64,000 nt of DNA from Candidatus Doudnabacteria bacterium (GCA_037200925.1 JBBCGO010000001.1:824235-888234); one strand, 5' to 3'; positions 27,750 to 37,699 are shown, numbered from the stretch's first letter. The notes: a model not told the origin generated them from the sequence alone. Made by a program: numbers and translations.

Positions 27750-28892
27750 ATGGATAACATGCAGCATAAGAAGCTTGTTATCCTGTTAGCATTTCTGATC
27801 CTGGTACCGCGTCTGGCATTGGCCCAGGATAATAATTCAGAACCGATTGACGGCGTTCAAAACATTCCCGCAGATGCGTATTACAAAGCCCAGGTAACAC
27901 AGATCGTGAACCAGGAATATCTCGGATCCGGAGCGGACAAGCAGATCTTCCAGGACCTGAAAGTAAAAATTCTTTCAGGGGATGAAAAAAACAAGGAAGT
28001 TGAGATAGACAGGGTGGGAGGGGTCAATATCAACGGCGGCAAGGGATTCAAAGCGGGGGACAAGGTTGTAATTGATAAGACCACGGACAACGGCCAGACG
28101 GTTTATTATGTGGAAGACATCTACCGCATCCCTGCGCTGGTGTTTGCCACGATCATTTTTTTGTTGGTCGCAATATTCTTCAGCCGCTGGCGGGGAGTCG
28201 GTTCCATTCTGGGCCTCGTGATCACGATTGCGGTGATCATTAAATTCGTCACGCCGCAGATCATTGCCGGAAAGAATCCTATAGAGATAAGTCTCATCGG
28301 CGCATTCATTATCGCTTTCGTATCTTTGTATCTGGCTCACGGATTCAATAAGCGCACATCCATCGCCATTTTAAGCACATTCATAACCTTAAGCCTGTCC
28401 ATTGCTATGGCTTACGGATTTGTTCATTTTACCCGGCTTTTCGGCAACGGCAGCGAAGAGTCGGTATATCTGCAATTCGGACCGACAGGACACATAAATC
28501 TGCAAGGACTGCTCTTGGGCGGGATCATTCTGGGTGCCTTGGGCGTTTTGGACGATATCACCACAGCACAGTCGGCCACCGTGCATGAGCTGAAGAAAGC
28601 CAATCCTTCATCAACCTTCAAGCAGTTGTATACGGGCGCAGCTTCAGTCGGCCAGGAGCATATTTCTTCTTTAATTAACACTTTATTTTTGGCATATGCC
28701 GGTGTTGCCCTGCCGCTATTTTTGCTGTTCACGGTCAACGGCGGCACGCCGATCTGGATCACGCTGAACTCCGAATTCATCGCGGAGGAAATAGTCAGAA
28801 CTCTGGTCGGAAGCATCACTTTGATCGTGGCAGTGCCCATCACAACTTTATTGGCGGCTTACTTTTTCAGCCGCAGAAAGGAAGAAGCATGA
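27750..28892 (+). CDS. YibE/F-family membrane protein
   Basis: GVLDDITTAQSATVHEL and a multi-TM layout typical of YibE/F. Confidence 0.7.
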   Translation: MDNMQHKKLVILLAFLILVPRLALAQDNNSEPIDGVQNIPADAYYKAQVTQIVNQEYLGSGADKQIFQDLKVKILSGDEKNKEVEIDRVGGVNINGGKGFKAGDKVVIDKTTDNGQTVYYVEDIYRIPALVFATIIFLLVAIFFSRWRGVGSILGLVITIAVIIKFVTPQIIAGKNPIEISLIGAFIIAFVSLYLAHGFNKRTSIAILSTFITLSLSIAMAYGFVHFTRLFGNGSEESVYLQFGPTGHINLQGLLLGGIILGALGVLDDITTAQSATVHELKKANPSSTFKQLYTGAASVGQEHISSLINTLFLAYAGVALPLFLLFTVNGGTPIWITLNSEFIAEEIVRTLVGSITLIVAVPITTLLAAYFFSRRKEEA

Positions 28893-29779
28893 AAAAGACT
28901 TCTATAATTATTTTAATTGCCGCGGTTTTGGCCGTGGGATTTTATTTAGCATACAAGCACGATCGGAGTTCAAAAAATCATCCGGGTCCGGCAAACATGT
29001 CAGGGATGAATATGGCCGGCATGAACATGGGCGGGGATGTGAGCAAAAGATACACGGTCAGCTTTACGACAAACCCGGTAAACGTTCTGCCGAATCAAAA
29101 TGTTGAGCTGAAATTCAAAGTTTATGATGCTTCAAGCGGCAACGAGGTGACGGACTACAGCACGGTAATGACCAAATTGATACACCTCGTCATTGTGAAC
29201 AGCAACCTGGATTATTTTGACCATATCCATCCGGTCCAGAACGGGTCGCAGTTTAGTATCAGCACAAAATTCCCGAAGGCCGATACTTATCACCTTTATA
29301 TTAATTTTCAGCCGACAGGCGCAACTGAACAGCAGATCGGTTTTTCACTGCCGGTCGGCGGCGGGACTACCAGCCCGCGTTCAAATGTGCCGGTTGATAC
29401 AAGCTTGACCAAAACATTCGGCGATTATAAGGTGACTTTGAGCACAGCTGACGGCAGTGATTTCAATGCCAATGCCATGAACAACCTGGCCCAGATCATA
29501 AATTTTCATCTGGCTGATGCGGCGACCGGCCAGCCGATCACTGATCTTTCGCCGTACTTGGGCGCCTTCGGGCACCTGGTCATGGTCAATGAAGAGACTT
29601 ACAAATACGTGCATATTCATCCGATAGCCTCGGATAATACTGCGGCCGGGGGGCCTGACGTGAAATTTTTGCCTGCGATATTGTTTGATAAGATAGAACC
29701 AGGGATCTACCGGGTCTTCGGGCAGTTCAACCGCAATAACCAGGTCTTTGTCGCGGATTTTACCATTAAGCTCAATTAA
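28889..29779 (+). CDS. Membrane-anchored Met-rich putative metal-binding protein with two duplicated HIHP motifs
   Basis: MSGMNMAGMNMGG Met-rich segment. FDHIHPV and VHIHPI repeats ~120 aa apart. Confidence 0.4.
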   Translation: MKKTSIIILIAAVLAVGFYLAYKHDRSSKNHPGPANMSGMNMAGMNMGGDVSKRYTVSFTTNPVNVLPNQNVELKFKVYDASSGNEVTDYSTVMTKLIHLVIVNSNLDYFDHIHPVQNGSQFSISTKFPKADTYHLYINFQPTGATEQQIGFSLPVGGGTTSPRSNVPVDTSLTKTFGDYKVTLSTADGSDFNANAMNNLAQIINFHLADAATGQPITDLSPYLGAFGHLVMVNEETYKYVHIHPIASDNTAAGGPDVKFLPAILFDKIEPGIYRVFGQFNRNNQVFVADFTIKLN

Positions 29780-30591
29780 TGAAGCGGATCATTTTCTATG
29801 TTTTTCTGGCTGTGCTGTTTTTTGGTTTTGCTCAGCCGGTTTCAGCGCATGTTTTTAAAACTGACGGATCGATCACAGTGCTTATGCATGCCAATCCGGA
29901 TGATGACCCTATCGCCGGACAGCCAGCTTCCTTGCTGTTCGGCATCACAGACACGGCCAATAAGTTTGATCCGGCAAACTGCGATTGCAAAGTTTCCATT
30001 TCGGATAAAAGCAAGCAGCTGTTAGACGAATCCTTGCTGCGGATTGCGGGGGCAGCCCCGAGCCTGTATGCCTTGACGATACCGTTTACTTTTCCAGAAA
30101 GAGCTGTATACAGCATTGTGGTGACCGGAGCGCCAAAAACTGCCGGCGCATTTCAAAACTTTCAGGTCGAGTATGACCTGCGCGTTGATAGAACGGCGGG
30201 CAATACTGAAGCAGGAAGCTTCACGAACCATTGGTTACTTTATCTATTTTTAGGCGTTTTGTTTATCGGGTTTTTTGCTTACTATTTAATACGGCTGAAA
30301 AATCGCAAAAAGGGGAATCATGGCAAATCAACTCTGACAAGCATTTTTTTGCTGGTGATTCTGGCTGGGTTAACTTTACATCACGCGGCTTTAGCCGCAG
30401 TATTTTGCCCGGATCATTTTACGGACAGCCAAGCTCACTCATGCTGTTTTCCGCTGCAAACCCAAGTTGCTAAGGCCGCTCTTGAATCCCGGGAATCGTA
30501 TTTATTTTGGGAACCGGTAAAGTTGGTTGAAAACAATTATTTTTTCCGCCGGATAATTAATAATAAGTCGCCGCCATCCGCTATTGTCTAA
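29779..30591 (+). CDS. Secreted or membrane protein with a mature N-terminal His (CopC/YcnI-like N-terminus), hypothetical
   Basis: The signal peptide ends ...VSA-HVFKTDGSITVLMH. An internal TM helix follows. Confidence 0.35.
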   Translation: MKRIIFYVFLAVLFFGFAQPVSAHVFKTDGSITVLMHANPDDDPIAGQPASLLFGITDTANKFDPANCDCKVSISDKSKQLLDESLLRIAGAAPSLYALTIPFTFPERAVYSIVVTGAPKTAGAFQNFQVEYDLRVDRTAGNTEAGSFTNHWLLYLFLGVLFIGFFAYYLIRLKNRKKGNHGKSTLTSIFLLVILAGLTLHHAALAAVFCPDHFTDSQAHSCCFPLQTQVAKAALESRESYLFWEPVKLVENNYFFRRIINNKSPPSAIV

Positions 30592-30621
30592 AGTTCGACT
30601 TACTATTAATTTGTTTGAAAC

Positions 30622-31251
30622 ATGAAAAAGTTAATATCTCTATCAATTACAGCAATTGGTTTGCTGGTTGCTGCAAGTGTTTCTGCACATGTGGTCGTCA
30701 AACCCAATACCGCGGGGATCGGAGCGTTTCAGGTTTTTACAATGGGAGTACCGTCCGAAAAGCCGATTGCCACGGTCAGCCTCAAGTTAATGCTGCCTGA
30801 TGGGCTGAGTTTTGTTACCCCAAACGTTAAACCTGGCTGGCAGGTGCAAGTAAAAACTCAGGCCACCGGTAAAAAGATCACTGACGACGACGGCATGCAA
30901 GTTGATGAAATGAAGCCTATAGAAATTGACTGGACCGGCGGATCAGTTCCGGCAGGGCAGCGCGATGAGTTTACGTTCCAGGCCCAGGTCCCCGCAACTC
31001 CGACGACGCTGGCATGGAAAGCTTACCAGACTTATTCGGACGGCAGTGTTGTTGCTTGGGATCAGACTCCCGGGGCAAATGTAGAAAATCCTTATTCCCA
31101 AACCGCTGTGACGGATGATCTGTCACAGTCCGCGACGTCAATGCCAAAGGAATCCTGGTGGGATTCCCACGGCACCGCCGCTACGGCGGTTTTAAGCATT
31201 CTGGCCATTATCCTCGCGGCTTACGCTTTGACGAATAGAAGAACCGGTTAA
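30622..31251 (+). CDS. YcnI-like (DUF1775) copper-binding protein with a C-terminal TM anchor
   Basis: SA-HVVVKPNT, KPGWQV, IDWTGGSVPAGQRDEFTF and VAWDQTP follow the DUF1775 pattern. Confidence 0.6.
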   Translation: MKKLISLSITAIGLLVAASVSAHVVVKPNTAGIGAFQVFTMGVPSEKPIATVSLKLMLPDGLSFVTPNVKPGWQVQVKTQATGKKITDDDGMQVDEMKPIEIDWTGGSVPAGQRDEFTFQAQVPATPTTLAWKAYQTYSDGSVVAWDQTPGANVENPYSQTAVTDDLSQSATSMPKESWWDSHGTAATAVLSILAIILAAYALTNRRTG

Positions 31252-31308
31252 AGTGTAAAAAACAAAAATACCCCGGCCTTTCGGCCGGGGTATTTTTAAA
31301 TTCGCGGG

Positions 31309-31950
31309 TTATTGTTTCAGCGCCGCGTCAATGTCTTTTTTCAGATTATCATAGTCAGTTGCGCTTTCTTGTTTGCCGTTCAAATAAAGCGTAGGCGTGG
31401 CATTCACGCCCAGAGCATTCCCGTCATCCAGATCTTCAGTGATTTTGTCTTGAGCCTGGTTGTTTTGAACTGCATCTTTGAATTTATTGATATCCAGGCC
31501 TAAAATCTGGGCGAAGCTTGTGAATATATCCAGCGGCTGGCTGTTGCCGGTCCAGGAATTTTGGTTGTCAAAAATTTTGTTATGCATGTCCCAGAATTTG
31601 CCTTGAGCTCCGGCTGCTTCGGCCGCCTCGGCGGCAAGTTTGGCATATTGATGCTGGGCGAGCGGGAAGTTTCGGAAGACATAATTAAAATCCTTGTTAT
31701 CTTTGTAATCAGCAAGCAGTTTTTCTATTACCGGATTCAATGCTCCGCAAAACGGGCATTCATAATCGCCAAATTCCACTAAGGTGACTTTGGCATCTTT
31801 ACTGCCGGTCATATCGCTGTCATCCCGGACCAGGCGTCCGGCATCCGCAAGCGGAACGTGAGCGGGAGGATTACCTTTTAAAAATAAGAGCACTGCGCCG
31901 GCAATCACCACGATGGCGATGCCGAACATGATTTTTAGTTCTTTTGTCAT
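31309..31950 (-). CDS. DsbA-family thiol:disulfide oxidoreductase (BdbD-like)
   Basis: N-terminal TM anchor. The active site CPFC sits in a thioredoxin fold. Confidence 0.8.
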   Translation of the reverse strand: MTKELKIMFGIAIVVIAGAVLLFLKGNPPAHVPLADAGRLVRDDSDMTGSKDAKVTLVEFGDYECPFCGALNPVIEKLLADYKDNKDFNYVFRNFPLAQHQYAKLAAEAAEAAGAQGKFWDMHNKIFDNQNSWTGNSQPLDIFTSFAQILGLDINKFKDAVQNNQAQDKITEDLDDGNALGVNATPTLYLNGKQESATDYDNLKKDIDAALKQ

Positions 31951-32003
31951 GGGTATATATTACTATATTCAATTCAATTTGTGCAATATGGTATAATGAA
32001 GCT

Positions 32004-32435
32004 ATGAAATTTTTTAAAAACAACTCATTATATCTGGCTTGGGGCACGGCATTGATTGCCATGTTAGGAAGCCTGTATTTCAGCAATGTCCGGAATTTTC
32101 CTCCCTGTGTACTGTGCTGGTATCAGAGGATCTGCATGTATCCGTTGGTCATTATTTTAGGAGTGGGTATTCTGAAAAAGGATAAAAATTTGCCGTTTTA
32201 TGTTCTACCGTTCAGCCTCATAGGTTTGGGCATTTCCATTTATCACAACCTTTTATACTACAAGATTTTGCCGGAGAGCCTTTCGCCCTGTGTTGCGGGG
32301 GTTTCGTGCACCACTAAATTTATAGAATATTTCCACTTTGTGACCATTCCGTTTTTGTCTTTTGTGGCTTTTCTGGTAATAAATCTTATGATGTACGTTT
32401 ATCTGAAATCAAAAAATGATCCCATAGAAAATTAG
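32004..32435 (+). CDS. Disulfide-bond formation protein B (DsbB/BdbC-like)
   Basis: CVLCWYQR and a second Cys pair CVAGVSC in a 4-TM protein. Start taken at MKFFKNN. Confidence 0.65.
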   Translation: MKFFKNNSLYLAWGTALIAMLGSLYFSNVRNFPPCVLCWYQRICMYPLVIILGVGILKKDKNLPFYVLPFSLIGLGISIYHNLLYYKILPESLSPCVAGVSCTTKFIEYFHFVTIPFLSFVAFLVINLMMYVYLKSKNDPIEN

Positions 32436-32438
32436 GAT

Positions 32439-34079
32439 ATGGATTTTGCTGCCCAAATCAAACAACTGATAAAAGGCGATGTTGCCGGGGATGAAAAGAC
32501 CCGGGCCGACTTCAGCCGCGATGCCAGTTTGTTCATAGTCAAACCCTCACTGGTGGTTTTTCCGAAAGATTCGGATGATATAGAAGCTCTGGTGAAATTT
32601 GTCGCGGAAGAAAACAAAAAAGGAAGCCATTTGTCTTTGACCGCCAGGTCTGCCGGAACTGACATGACAGGCGGGCCGCTCTCCGAATCGATTATAGTGT
32701 CCATGACCCGCTACTTTAACCGCATAATAAAGATCGGCAAAGATTCAGCCATAGTTGAACCGGGAGTGTTTTACCGCGATTTTGAAAAACAAACTCTCAT
32801 GCATAATTTGCTTTTGCCGAGTTACACGGCTTCCAGGGAGATCAACACAGTTGGCGGCATGGTCGCAAATAATTCCGGGGGAGAGCTGAATTTGATCTAC
32901 GGCAAAACCGAAAGATATGTGCAGGAGCTTAAAATGGTTTTATACGACGGTAAAGAATATACGTTTAAAGCCTTAACGATGCCGGAGTTGGAGAAAAAGA
33001 AACAGGAGAACGGACTGGATGCGGAGATCTACCGCAAGCTTTTTGACCTGATCGACGGCAATTTTGATCTGCTGCAAAAAGCCAAACCCGATGTTTCCAA
33101 AAATTCCGCGGGATATTATCTGTGGAATGTTTATGACAAGCAAAAAGGGATCTTTGACATCAACAAATTGATCACCGGGTCGCAGGGGACTTTTGGGATC
33201 ATCACAGAGATCAAGTTCAGCCTGGTCAAGCCAAAAATGCGCGAACATCTGCTGGTGGTATTTTTGAACGACCTGCAAATGCTTCCAGAGATCACCAATC
33301 ATCTGCTTAAATTCAATCCTGTGAGCATTGAGTCTTATGATGACCAGACTTTTAAGGTTGCCATGAAACTATTGCCGGATATCATGGCCCGCCTAAAAGG
33401 GAACGCTGTCAGATTGTTCTTTAGTTTTATTCCTGAACTTTGGATGGTCTTAACCGGCGGCGTGCCGAAACTCGTGCTTCTGGCCGAGTTCAGCTCAGAC
33501 AGCGAAAAAGATGCCCTTTTGAGAACGCAGGAGGCTCAGGAGAGCCTTAAGGAATTCCCTGTTAAGACCAAATTGGTTTTAAGCGAACAGGCGGCTGAGA
33601 AATATTGGGTCATCCGCCGCGAAAGCTTTAATCTTCTCCGCCATCATGTCCAGGGCATGCGGACCGCACCTTTCATTGATGACTTTGTGGTCAGGCCCGA
33701 ACTGCTGGGAGAATTTTTGCCCAAACTTTATGTGATAATGAATAAATATAATTTGCTTTATACTATTGCCGGACATGTCGGAGACGGCAATTTTCATATT
33801 ATTCCGTTGATGAAGATCGGCGACCCGAATGCGGCCGAGACCATAAAAAATTTAGGACAAGAAGTGTATGATCTGGTCCTGGAATACAAAGGTTCAATTA
33901 CCGGCGAGCATAATGACGGATTGGTCAGAAGCCCGTATCTTCCCCAAATGTACGGTCCGAAGGTATATGAGTTATTTACAGAAACTAAAAAGATCTTTGA
34001 CCCCCAGAATATTTTCAATCCCGGAAAAAAAGTCGATGCTTCGATGGGATACGCCCTTGATCACATTGATTTTAAATAG
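32439..34079 (+). CDS. FAD-linked oxidase (GlcD/D-lactate dehydrogenase-like)
   Basis: FAD_binding_4 N-terminal domain (ARSAGTDMTGGPL, GGMVANNSGG) plus a C-terminal FAD-oxidase_C region. Confidence 0.8.
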   Translation: MDFAAQIKQLIKGDVAGDEKTRADFSRDASLFIVKPSLVVFPKDSDDIEALVKFVAEENKKGSHLSLTARSAGTDMTGGPLSESIIVSMTRYFNRIIKIGKDSAIVEPGVFYRDFEKQTLMHNLLLPSYTASREINTVGGMVANNSGGELNLIYGKTERYVQELKMVLYDGKEYTFKALTMPELEKKKQENGLDAEIYRKLFDLIDGNFDLLQKAKPDVSKNSAGYYLWNVYDKQKGIFDINKLITGSQGTFGIITEIKFSLVKPKMREHLLVVFLNDLQMLPEITNHLLKFNPVSIESYDDQTFKVAMKLLPDIMARLKGNAVRLFFSFIPELWMVLTGGVPKLVLLAEFSSDSEKDALLRTQEAQESLKEFPVKTKLVLSEQAAEKYWVIRRESFNLLRHHVQGMRTAPFIDDFVVRPELLGEFLPKLYVIMNKYNLLYTIAGHVGDGNFHIIPLMKIGDPNAAETIKNLGQEVYDLVLEYKGSITGEHNDGLVRSPYLPQMYGPKVYELFTETKKIFDPQNIFNPGKKVDASMGYALDHIDFK

Positions 34080-34095
34080 TTAGAAGACCTAAGTT

Positions 34096-34674
34096 ATGTG
34101 GTATACGCTTTCTGATGTTATCCGCTGGCTGATCCATTTTAAATACTGGGTGATTTTTCCGTTTGCGGTTTTTGAAGGGCCCATTGTCACTATTATTACA
34201 GGTTTTTTGGCTTCGACCGGCCAGCTGAATTTTTGGGTCGCATTCATGGTTGTGGCCCTGGGTGATCTGGTCGGCGATACTTTTTACTATTGCGTCGGCC
34301 GGTTCGGCCGCGAAAGGTTTATCGCCAGGTTTGGGAAATTTTTCGGATTAAATAAAGCCAGGATCGAGCGCCTGGAGCTGCATTTTCAAACCCACCCCTG
34401 GAAAACATTCACATTCGGAAAATTTTTCCATGGAACGGGTTCTCTGATACTGGCAGCCGCGGGCCTGAGCCGGGTTCCGTATTTTGAGTTTCTTGGCTAT
34501 AATGTACCTACAACTTTTGCCAACTCTTTTATTCTGATCACAATTGGCTATTATTTCGGCCATGCCTATGCGCAGATCGATACTTTCTTTAAATATTTCA
34601 GCGTTATTGTTATTGCACTCGTCGTGGCAGCCTATATTTATTTCATTAAACGCTACAGCAACATCCCTGACTGA
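34096..34674 (+). CDS. DedA-family (SNARE-associated) membrane protein
   Basis: FPFAVFEGPIVTIITGFLAS...VVALGDLVGDTFYYCVGRFG. Confidence 0.8.
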   Translation: MWYTLSDVIRWLIHFKYWVIFPFAVFEGPIVTIITGFLASTGQLNFWVAFMVVALGDLVGDTFYYCVGRFGRERFIARFGKFFGLNKARIERLELHFQTHPWKTFTFGKFFHGTGSLILAAAGLSRVPYFEFLGYNVPTTFANSFILITIGYYFGHAYAQIDTFFKYFSVIVIALVVAAYIYFIKRYSNIPD

Positions 34675-35891
34675 TGAAAATACTCATTGTTGCCGATAAT
34701 TATTATCCGAACGTCAACGGCTCGTCATACTTTACGCAAAGACTGGCCTACTATTTGCAGCAGCGCGGCCATGAGATTTTGGTTATGGCTTCCTCTCCAA
34801 GCATAAAAAATGAACCTTTTGTCTACAATGGAGTGAACGTGTTTGGTATCAGATCTTTTTCTCCTCCCTTATATCCCGGGTTCCGCTTTCCGGCCCCGAT
34901 CGGAATAAGAAAAGCTATCGAAATCGAGATCAAAAAATTTCAGCCCGACGTCATACATATACAAGATCATTTTGTCATCAGCCCGGTAGTCCAAAAAGTC
35001 GCCAAAGAATTGTCCATCCCCATGATCGGGACCAACCATTTCATGCCGGAAAACCTCCTGCACTATTTACATCTGCCGAAAAGACTGGAACAAATTGCCA
35101 AGAATTGGGCTTGGAGGCAGTTCCGGGCCATCTTTGAGCAACTGCATACCGTTACCACGCCGACCAGGACTGCCGCGAAGCTTTTGGAGGAGGTTAAATT
35201 GACCAAACCGGTGCTTGCGGTCTCAAACGGGATCGATCTGCAAAAATTTAAGCCCGGTAACGACGGTGAATATCTGAGAAAACGGCTGAATCTTCCGGAC
35301 CAGCCCATACTATTGTATGTCGGCCGGCTTGATAAAGAAAAAAATATTGACGCTGTCATGAAAGTCCTGCCCGGCGTTTTAGCCCGAACCGATCTGCATT
35401 TCGTTATAGCCGGTAAAGGAGCTGAGCAGGAAAAACTTAAGCGGTTGGCCCGGCAATTGAATTTGGAAAAATCCGTGACCTTTGCGGGATTTGTGCCGGA
35501 TGAGGATCTGCCTAATCTGTATACGATCGGCGATTGTTTTGTCATTGCCGGGATCGCTGAACTGCAAAGTCTAGTGACCATGGAAGCTATGGCCACGGGA
35601 TTGCCAGTCGTTGCGGTCAACGCCATGGCCCTGCCTGAACTCGTCAGGCATGGCGAGAACGGCTATCTGTTCGATCTTGGCCGTACCGACATACTATCCG
35701 AACATTTGCTGGAAATTTTTTCCAATCCGGATCTGAGAAAAAAAATGGGCGACAGAAGCCTGGAGATCATCCAAGCCCACGACATTAATAAGACCATGGA
35801 AATTTTTGAATCTCTCTATGAAAATTTAATCGGTAGAGACAATATCACAATGCCGGCGCCGCGCATCAGAGAATATGAGATCATTAATTGA
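34674..35891 (+). CDS. Family-4 (GT4) glycosyltransferase
   Basis: ILIVADNYYPNVNGSSYF, E-x7-E region TMEAMATGLPVVAV...ELV. Confidence 0.8.
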   Translation: MKILIVADNYYPNVNGSSYFTQRLAYYLQQRGHEILVMASSPSIKNEPFVYNGVNVFGIRSFSPPLYPGFRFPAPIGIRKAIEIEIKKFQPDVIHIQDHFVISPVVQKVAKELSIPMIGTNHFMPENLLHYLHLPKRLEQIAKNWAWRQFRAIFEQLHTVTTPTRTAAKLLEEVKLTKPVLAVSNGIDLQKFKPGNDGEYLRKRLNLPDQPILLYVGRLDKEKNIDAVMKVLPGVLARTDLHFVIAGKGAEQEKLKRLARQLNLEKSVTFAGFVPDEDLPNLYTIGDCFVIAGIAELQSLVTMEAMATGLPVVAVNAMALPELVRHGENGYLFDLGRTDILSEHLLEIFSNPDLRKKMGDRSLEIIQAHDINKTMEIFESLYENLIGRDNITMPAPRIREYEIIN

Positions 35892-36513
35892 TGCCCATAG
35901 AAAAACTTGGAACAGGGAGTTTTCCCGTTCTGTGACTTGGGGCGTAATATTTTTTTTGGCCAGCCTGGTTCCGAATTATCTGGCCACAACATATGCCACG
36001 GAACGCGCGAGCATGCCAGTGACAGATCTCATTCTGAGCAACATCAGGGTCTATGACGTGGACGGGATCATAATCTATGGGGCAGTACTGCTGATAATAT
36101 TCAGCATCCTTGTACTGTTTTACGATCCGAAAAGGATCCCGTTTACGCTGAAAGCATTGGCTTTGTTCATTGTCATCAGGTCAATTTTCGTGAGCTTAAC
36201 GCACCTGGGGCCGTTTTCGCCTCAGGATGTGATCGATTCGACTCATATTTTTAATTTTCTGGGCTTTGGGACTACGGCTGATCTGTTTTTTTCCGGACAC
36301 ACAGGCATACCATTTTTGCTGGCCCTGATTTATTGGAATAATATTAAGCTGCGTTGGACCTACTTGGCAATTTCCGCGGTTTTTGCAGTCAGCGTTCTGC
36401 TTGGCCACTTGCACTATTCGATAGATGTTCTTGCCGCGTTTTTTATCACATACACGATTTTTCACATCGCCCAAAAATTGTTTGCGGATGACTGGCAACT
36501 GTCGATAACATGA
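35875..36513 (+). CDS. PAP2_C / sphingomyelin-synthase-like membrane phosphotransferase
   Basis: FFSGHTG (D3-like) and HYSIDVLAAFF (D4-like) in a multi-TM protein. Confidence 0.6.
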   Translation: MRSLIDAHRKTWNREFSRSVTWGVIFFLASLVPNYLATTYATERASMPVTDLILSNIRVYDVDGIIIYGAVLLIIFSILVLFYDPKRIPFTLKALALFIVIRSIFVSLTHLGPFSPQDVIDSTHIFNFLGFGTTADLFFSGHTGIPFLLALIYWNNIKLRWTYLAISAVFAVSVLLGHLHYSIDVLAAFFITYTIFHIAQKLFADDWQLSIT

Positions 36514-36959
36514 ATATCCATCCGATTTTCGTCCATTTTCCCATCGCACTACTGACCACTTATGCGGTTTTGGAATTATTAAGATTTGATTTTATCAACC
36601 GCCAGCCGTATTGGTTTTATGTCAAAGCTGTTCTGGTGATCTTGGGCGCATTGAGCGGATACGTGACGATAGTGACCGGATTAATGGCGGAAAGTTTGAT
36701 CAAAGACCAAAGTTCTCATACGCTGATCTCCACGCACGAACTTTGGGCCATCACTTCAATTGGAATTTTCAGCATCATCGCTTTGGTCTATCTATGGTCG
36801 TGGTGGAATAGCCGGTTCGGAATGAAAAGTAAATTGGTCCTTGTTTTGGCCCTGGCCGGAATTTTATGTTTGCTGATCACAGGCGCCTTGGGCGGGTCGA
36901 TCATATTCGGACATACCACGGACCCGTTCACGAATTGGATCTACAATTTATTTTTTTAG
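36510..36959 (+). CDS. DUF2231-family membrane protein
   Basis: The N-terminus HPIFVHFPIALL is characteristic of DUF2231. Confidence 0.6.
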   Translation: MNIHPIFVHFPIALLTTYAVLELLRFDFINRQPYWFYVKAVLVILGALSGYVTIVTGLMAESLIKDQSSHTLISTHELWAITSIGIFSIIALVYLWSWWNSRFGMKSKLVLVLALAGILCLLITGALGGSIIFGHTTDPFTNWIYNLFF

Positions 36960-36997
36960 CTTGAAAATTTTGGAAAGCTGTATTATCATATACCTCT

Positions 36998-37378
36998 ATG
37001 ACAGACGAAGAATTGAAGAAAAAATTGACGCCCGAGCAGTACCATATCATGCGCGAAAAGGGGACAGAGGCGCCTTTTACGGGCAAGTATTACGATTCGC
37101 ATGAAAAAGGAATGTACGTTTGCGCTGTCTGCGGCAACGAATTGTTCTCATCCGATACCAAGTTTGATTCAGGCACGGGCTGGCCGTCTTTTACGGACCC
37201 GGCAAATTTAAAGAACATAGTGCTTCAGGATGATGACAGCCTTGGCGAGCACCGCACTGAGGTAGTGTGCAAGAATTGCGGTTCGCACTTGGGACACTTG
37301 TTTGACGACGGTCCGAAAGACCGAGGGGGTAAACGCTATTGCATCAATTCGGCTTGTCTGTTGCTGAAAAAAGAATAG
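36998..37378 (+). CDS. msrB: Peptide-methionine (R)-S-oxide reductase MsrB
   Basis: CAVCGNELF...GWPSF...CKNCGSHLGHLFDDGP...RYCINSACL. Confidence 0.9.
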   Translation: MTDEELKKKLTPEQYHIMREKGTEAPFTGKYYDSHEKGMYVCAVCGNELFSSDTKFDSGTGWPSFTDPANLKNIVLQDDDSLGEHRTEVVCKNCGSHLGHLFDDGPKDRGGKRYCINSACLLLKKE

Positions 37379-37423
37379 CTTGACGACAGGTTAAGATTTA
37401 ACTAGAATTAAAATCTAAACTTA

Positions 37424-37452
37424 TTAAGGCGGCAAAAAAGCCGCCTTTTTAT
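37424..37452 (+). terminator. Rho-independent terminator after msrB
   Basis: AAGGCGGCaaaaaaGCCGCCTTTTT. Confidence 0.6.
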
Positions 37453-37453
37453 T

Positions 37454-37699
37454 ATGCTTGAACAGATCAATGAGACAATTGAAGTCATCGCCAGATTTTC
37501 CGGGAATAAAGCGACTCCTGTCAAGTTTTTATGGCAGGGCCGGGAAATCCCGGTGAAAAAAATTAATCTAACCTATTCGCGTTTTGAAGGCCGGGTAAAA
37601 TTTTATTTTTTTGCGGTTTCCGATGATACGAATTACTTCAAATTGCAGTTCAACAGCGACAGTTTGATCTGGACATTATTAGAAAGCTATGTGGAATAA
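37454..37699 (+). CDS. Small hypothetical protein (81 aa) translationally coupled to dinB
   Basis: Its stop codon overlaps the dinB start (tATGtggaaTAA). No motif recognised. Confidence 0.35.
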   Translation: MLEQINETIEVIARFSGNKATPVKFLWQGREIPVKKINLTYSRFEGRVKFYFFAVSDDTNYFKLQFNSDSLIWTLLESYVE

